Source: Hemiscyllium ocellatum (Eukaryota). Taken from it: 64,000 nucleotides of DNA. The notes under the pieces were generated by a model. It searched no databases. It was given only the letters and a program-made list of their open reading frames with translations, and was not told where the DNA came from. The stretch is from contig NC_083436.1 of assembly GCF_020745735.1 (NCBI RefSeq), forward strand, positions 7,773,299 through 7,837,298, written 5' to 3'. Shown here one piece after another: positions 62,205-64,000 of this stretch. The translations under genes were made by a program, and so were the position numbers. Position 1 is the first letter of the stretch; every line of letters begins with the position of its first letter.

Positions 62205-63759
62205 CTGCAGAGAAAGAAAAGGTTTGTTAATATAAATCGCACAAGGAAGCATACGGCTGTGTGAATTAAGCTATATTGTTCAAAAAGACAAAAGACTAAA
62301 TCCTAATAAGGGGACAAGTTCTCCTCTTGACAATTTTAGAGATCTTATGTATTAAAACATGGAAACACAAGAGGTTTTATATAGCAATGATTCCTTGAAC
62401 AAGCTTAAATGACAGCATATACTAAAGAGAGTGAGCAAAATGGAACCATACAAGGTAGATTTCCACTGAAACTATATACACTGAAAATCCATCTCAAGGT
62501 CTCAAAAATCATTAGTTCTACAACATTTTCATAGAAAATTGAGAAAGAATTCACACTTAGCCAAACAGATAAAGCATAAATTCAAACACAAATACATTAT
62601 GTTTTTAATCATTCAGAACTGCAGAGTAGACGAATAATTTTCTCTCAGGGGTTGGGGTTTACACAAAGTCAAGAGTGCAAGTCCTGCTTGGGAGAAGTTA
62701 TTGACACCTGCATAGTGCCAATATTGCTACATCAAACTGGATTCAGAATATCCTCAATGTCTATGCCGATGAACCTACCTAATCAATTATAGTGCACATT
62801 ATACTGGCAAATGCTTCCTAGCAGTGTTCCTTTGTTAAAAACCCTTCGGCCTTTTTGGATTTTGGTATTTCAGCTTTTTAATAAAATAAAACCCTAAAGT
62901 TCCCAATCTTCTCTATTCAAAAGAAATTCTGTTTTAATCAGCCATTCTGACCATCATTTGACTTTATCCTGGATATTCAACCTGATACTTTGAAACTACC
63001 ATTTCTCCTCAACTTGGATGCAGTAATACCTGTCAATCACTTTCGCTTAATCCTTCTTATTTCTTTGTAGTTTGCCTTTTCAAAGTCAGAGTTTGCCCTT
63101 GAGCCTTAGCTGTAGCAATTGTCAGATTATCTGAAATTGAATCATGTGATTCATAACATTTAGAGGCTGTAATACTATTTAAAATATGAATGCTGCACGG
63201 AATCAGTGCAAGGAGGTGTTCATGATAAAAGCATTACCCCTAGCGATGTCTCCAGCACTGGGTCAAAAAAAGTAATCTTCTACCACATTAATAAATTCCA
63301 AGACATTTCCTATTTAACTGCATCTTTTTTATATTAAGTTGATTGAAGTTATTTTTCTATCACATTATTGCCCTTCTGGCCCTTCCTTAGATATTACTTT
63401 TATCTTATTCAGAGAATCTACCCCACCCCCTTTCCCAAACTATTGTTACCCCATCTATATATGTGAGTCAAGTCAAGCCTACTGTTTTATGTTCTAAGAC
63501 ATTAAGAATAAATTATGTTTCTACAAAACTCTATATTCTCAAAATATCTTAAAGTACTTCACAGCTAATTAAATATTTTAAAGAGGAGTCATTGTAATAA
63601 CACAGGCAACCTAATTTGAGTTCAAAGACATCTGTACACAGGATATTGCCTGATTATCCTGCCATGTATTTCGTTACTAAGCATCCTTTTTAATCCACTT
63701 ATCTTCCAGGGTGAGACATGAAATCGGGAATTTTTAAGTTATCATTTTGCTGGCATCAG

Positions 63760-64000
63760 CTATACCCTCCAGGTTTGAACCATAGGGAGAGGCTGAAAAC
63801 GTTGGGGCTATTTTCCCTGCAGTGCCAGAGGCTGAGGGATGGCCTTACATAGAGGTCTATAAAACCATGTGAGAGGTTTTATAAATAGGGTGAATAGACC
63901 AAGGCTTTTCCCTGAGGTTGGGCAGTGCAAAACTAGAGGGCATAGGTTTAAGTTGAGAGCATAAAGATTTAAAGGGGACCTAAGGGGCAACGTTTTCACA
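63760..64000 (+). mobile_element. CR1 LINE 3' fragment running off the window
   Basis: RLKTLGLFSL..QRLRD...EVYK...RGHRFK. Confidence 0.8.

Noticed and set aside
62205-64000. Penultimate annexin exon
   Set aside because: No LIR..VSR.EID-type sequence was found on the minus strand here; it is presumably beyond the window.

Overview
Eukaryotic, repeat-dense genomic DNA from a cartilaginous fish (elasmobranch HE1/V-SINEs and shark-type CR1 LINEs; a carpet/bamboo-shark-like genome is inferred). The ORF track misses the host genes because they are spliced. (1) A complete four-exon immunoglobulin J chain gene (JCHAIN, + strand, 14053-38707, 165 aa, intron phases 1-2-2). It has only six cysteines and a remodelled C-terminus. 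(2) The last coding exon of an annexin (- strand, 62142-62204), convergent with JCHAIN. The rest is mostly mobile DNA. Two Penelope-like element (PLE) families each carry a minimal hammerhead ribozyme. One recent PLE has an uninterrupted RT + GIY-YIG frame, a 12-bp TSD, and lies head-to-head about 630 bp from the JCHAIN ATG. Two ~180-bp fold-back mini-elements are built from PLE terminal repeats and have their own TSDs. There are also nested RTE/CR1/PLE insertions, about 12 HE1/V-SINEs, many CR1/L2 fragments, a Tigger-like MITE, a 21-bp minisatellite, and a 7.8-kb 20-bp satellite with ~2-kb higher-order duplication inside JCHAIN intron 3. No database searches were run; family assignments rest on recognised motifs.
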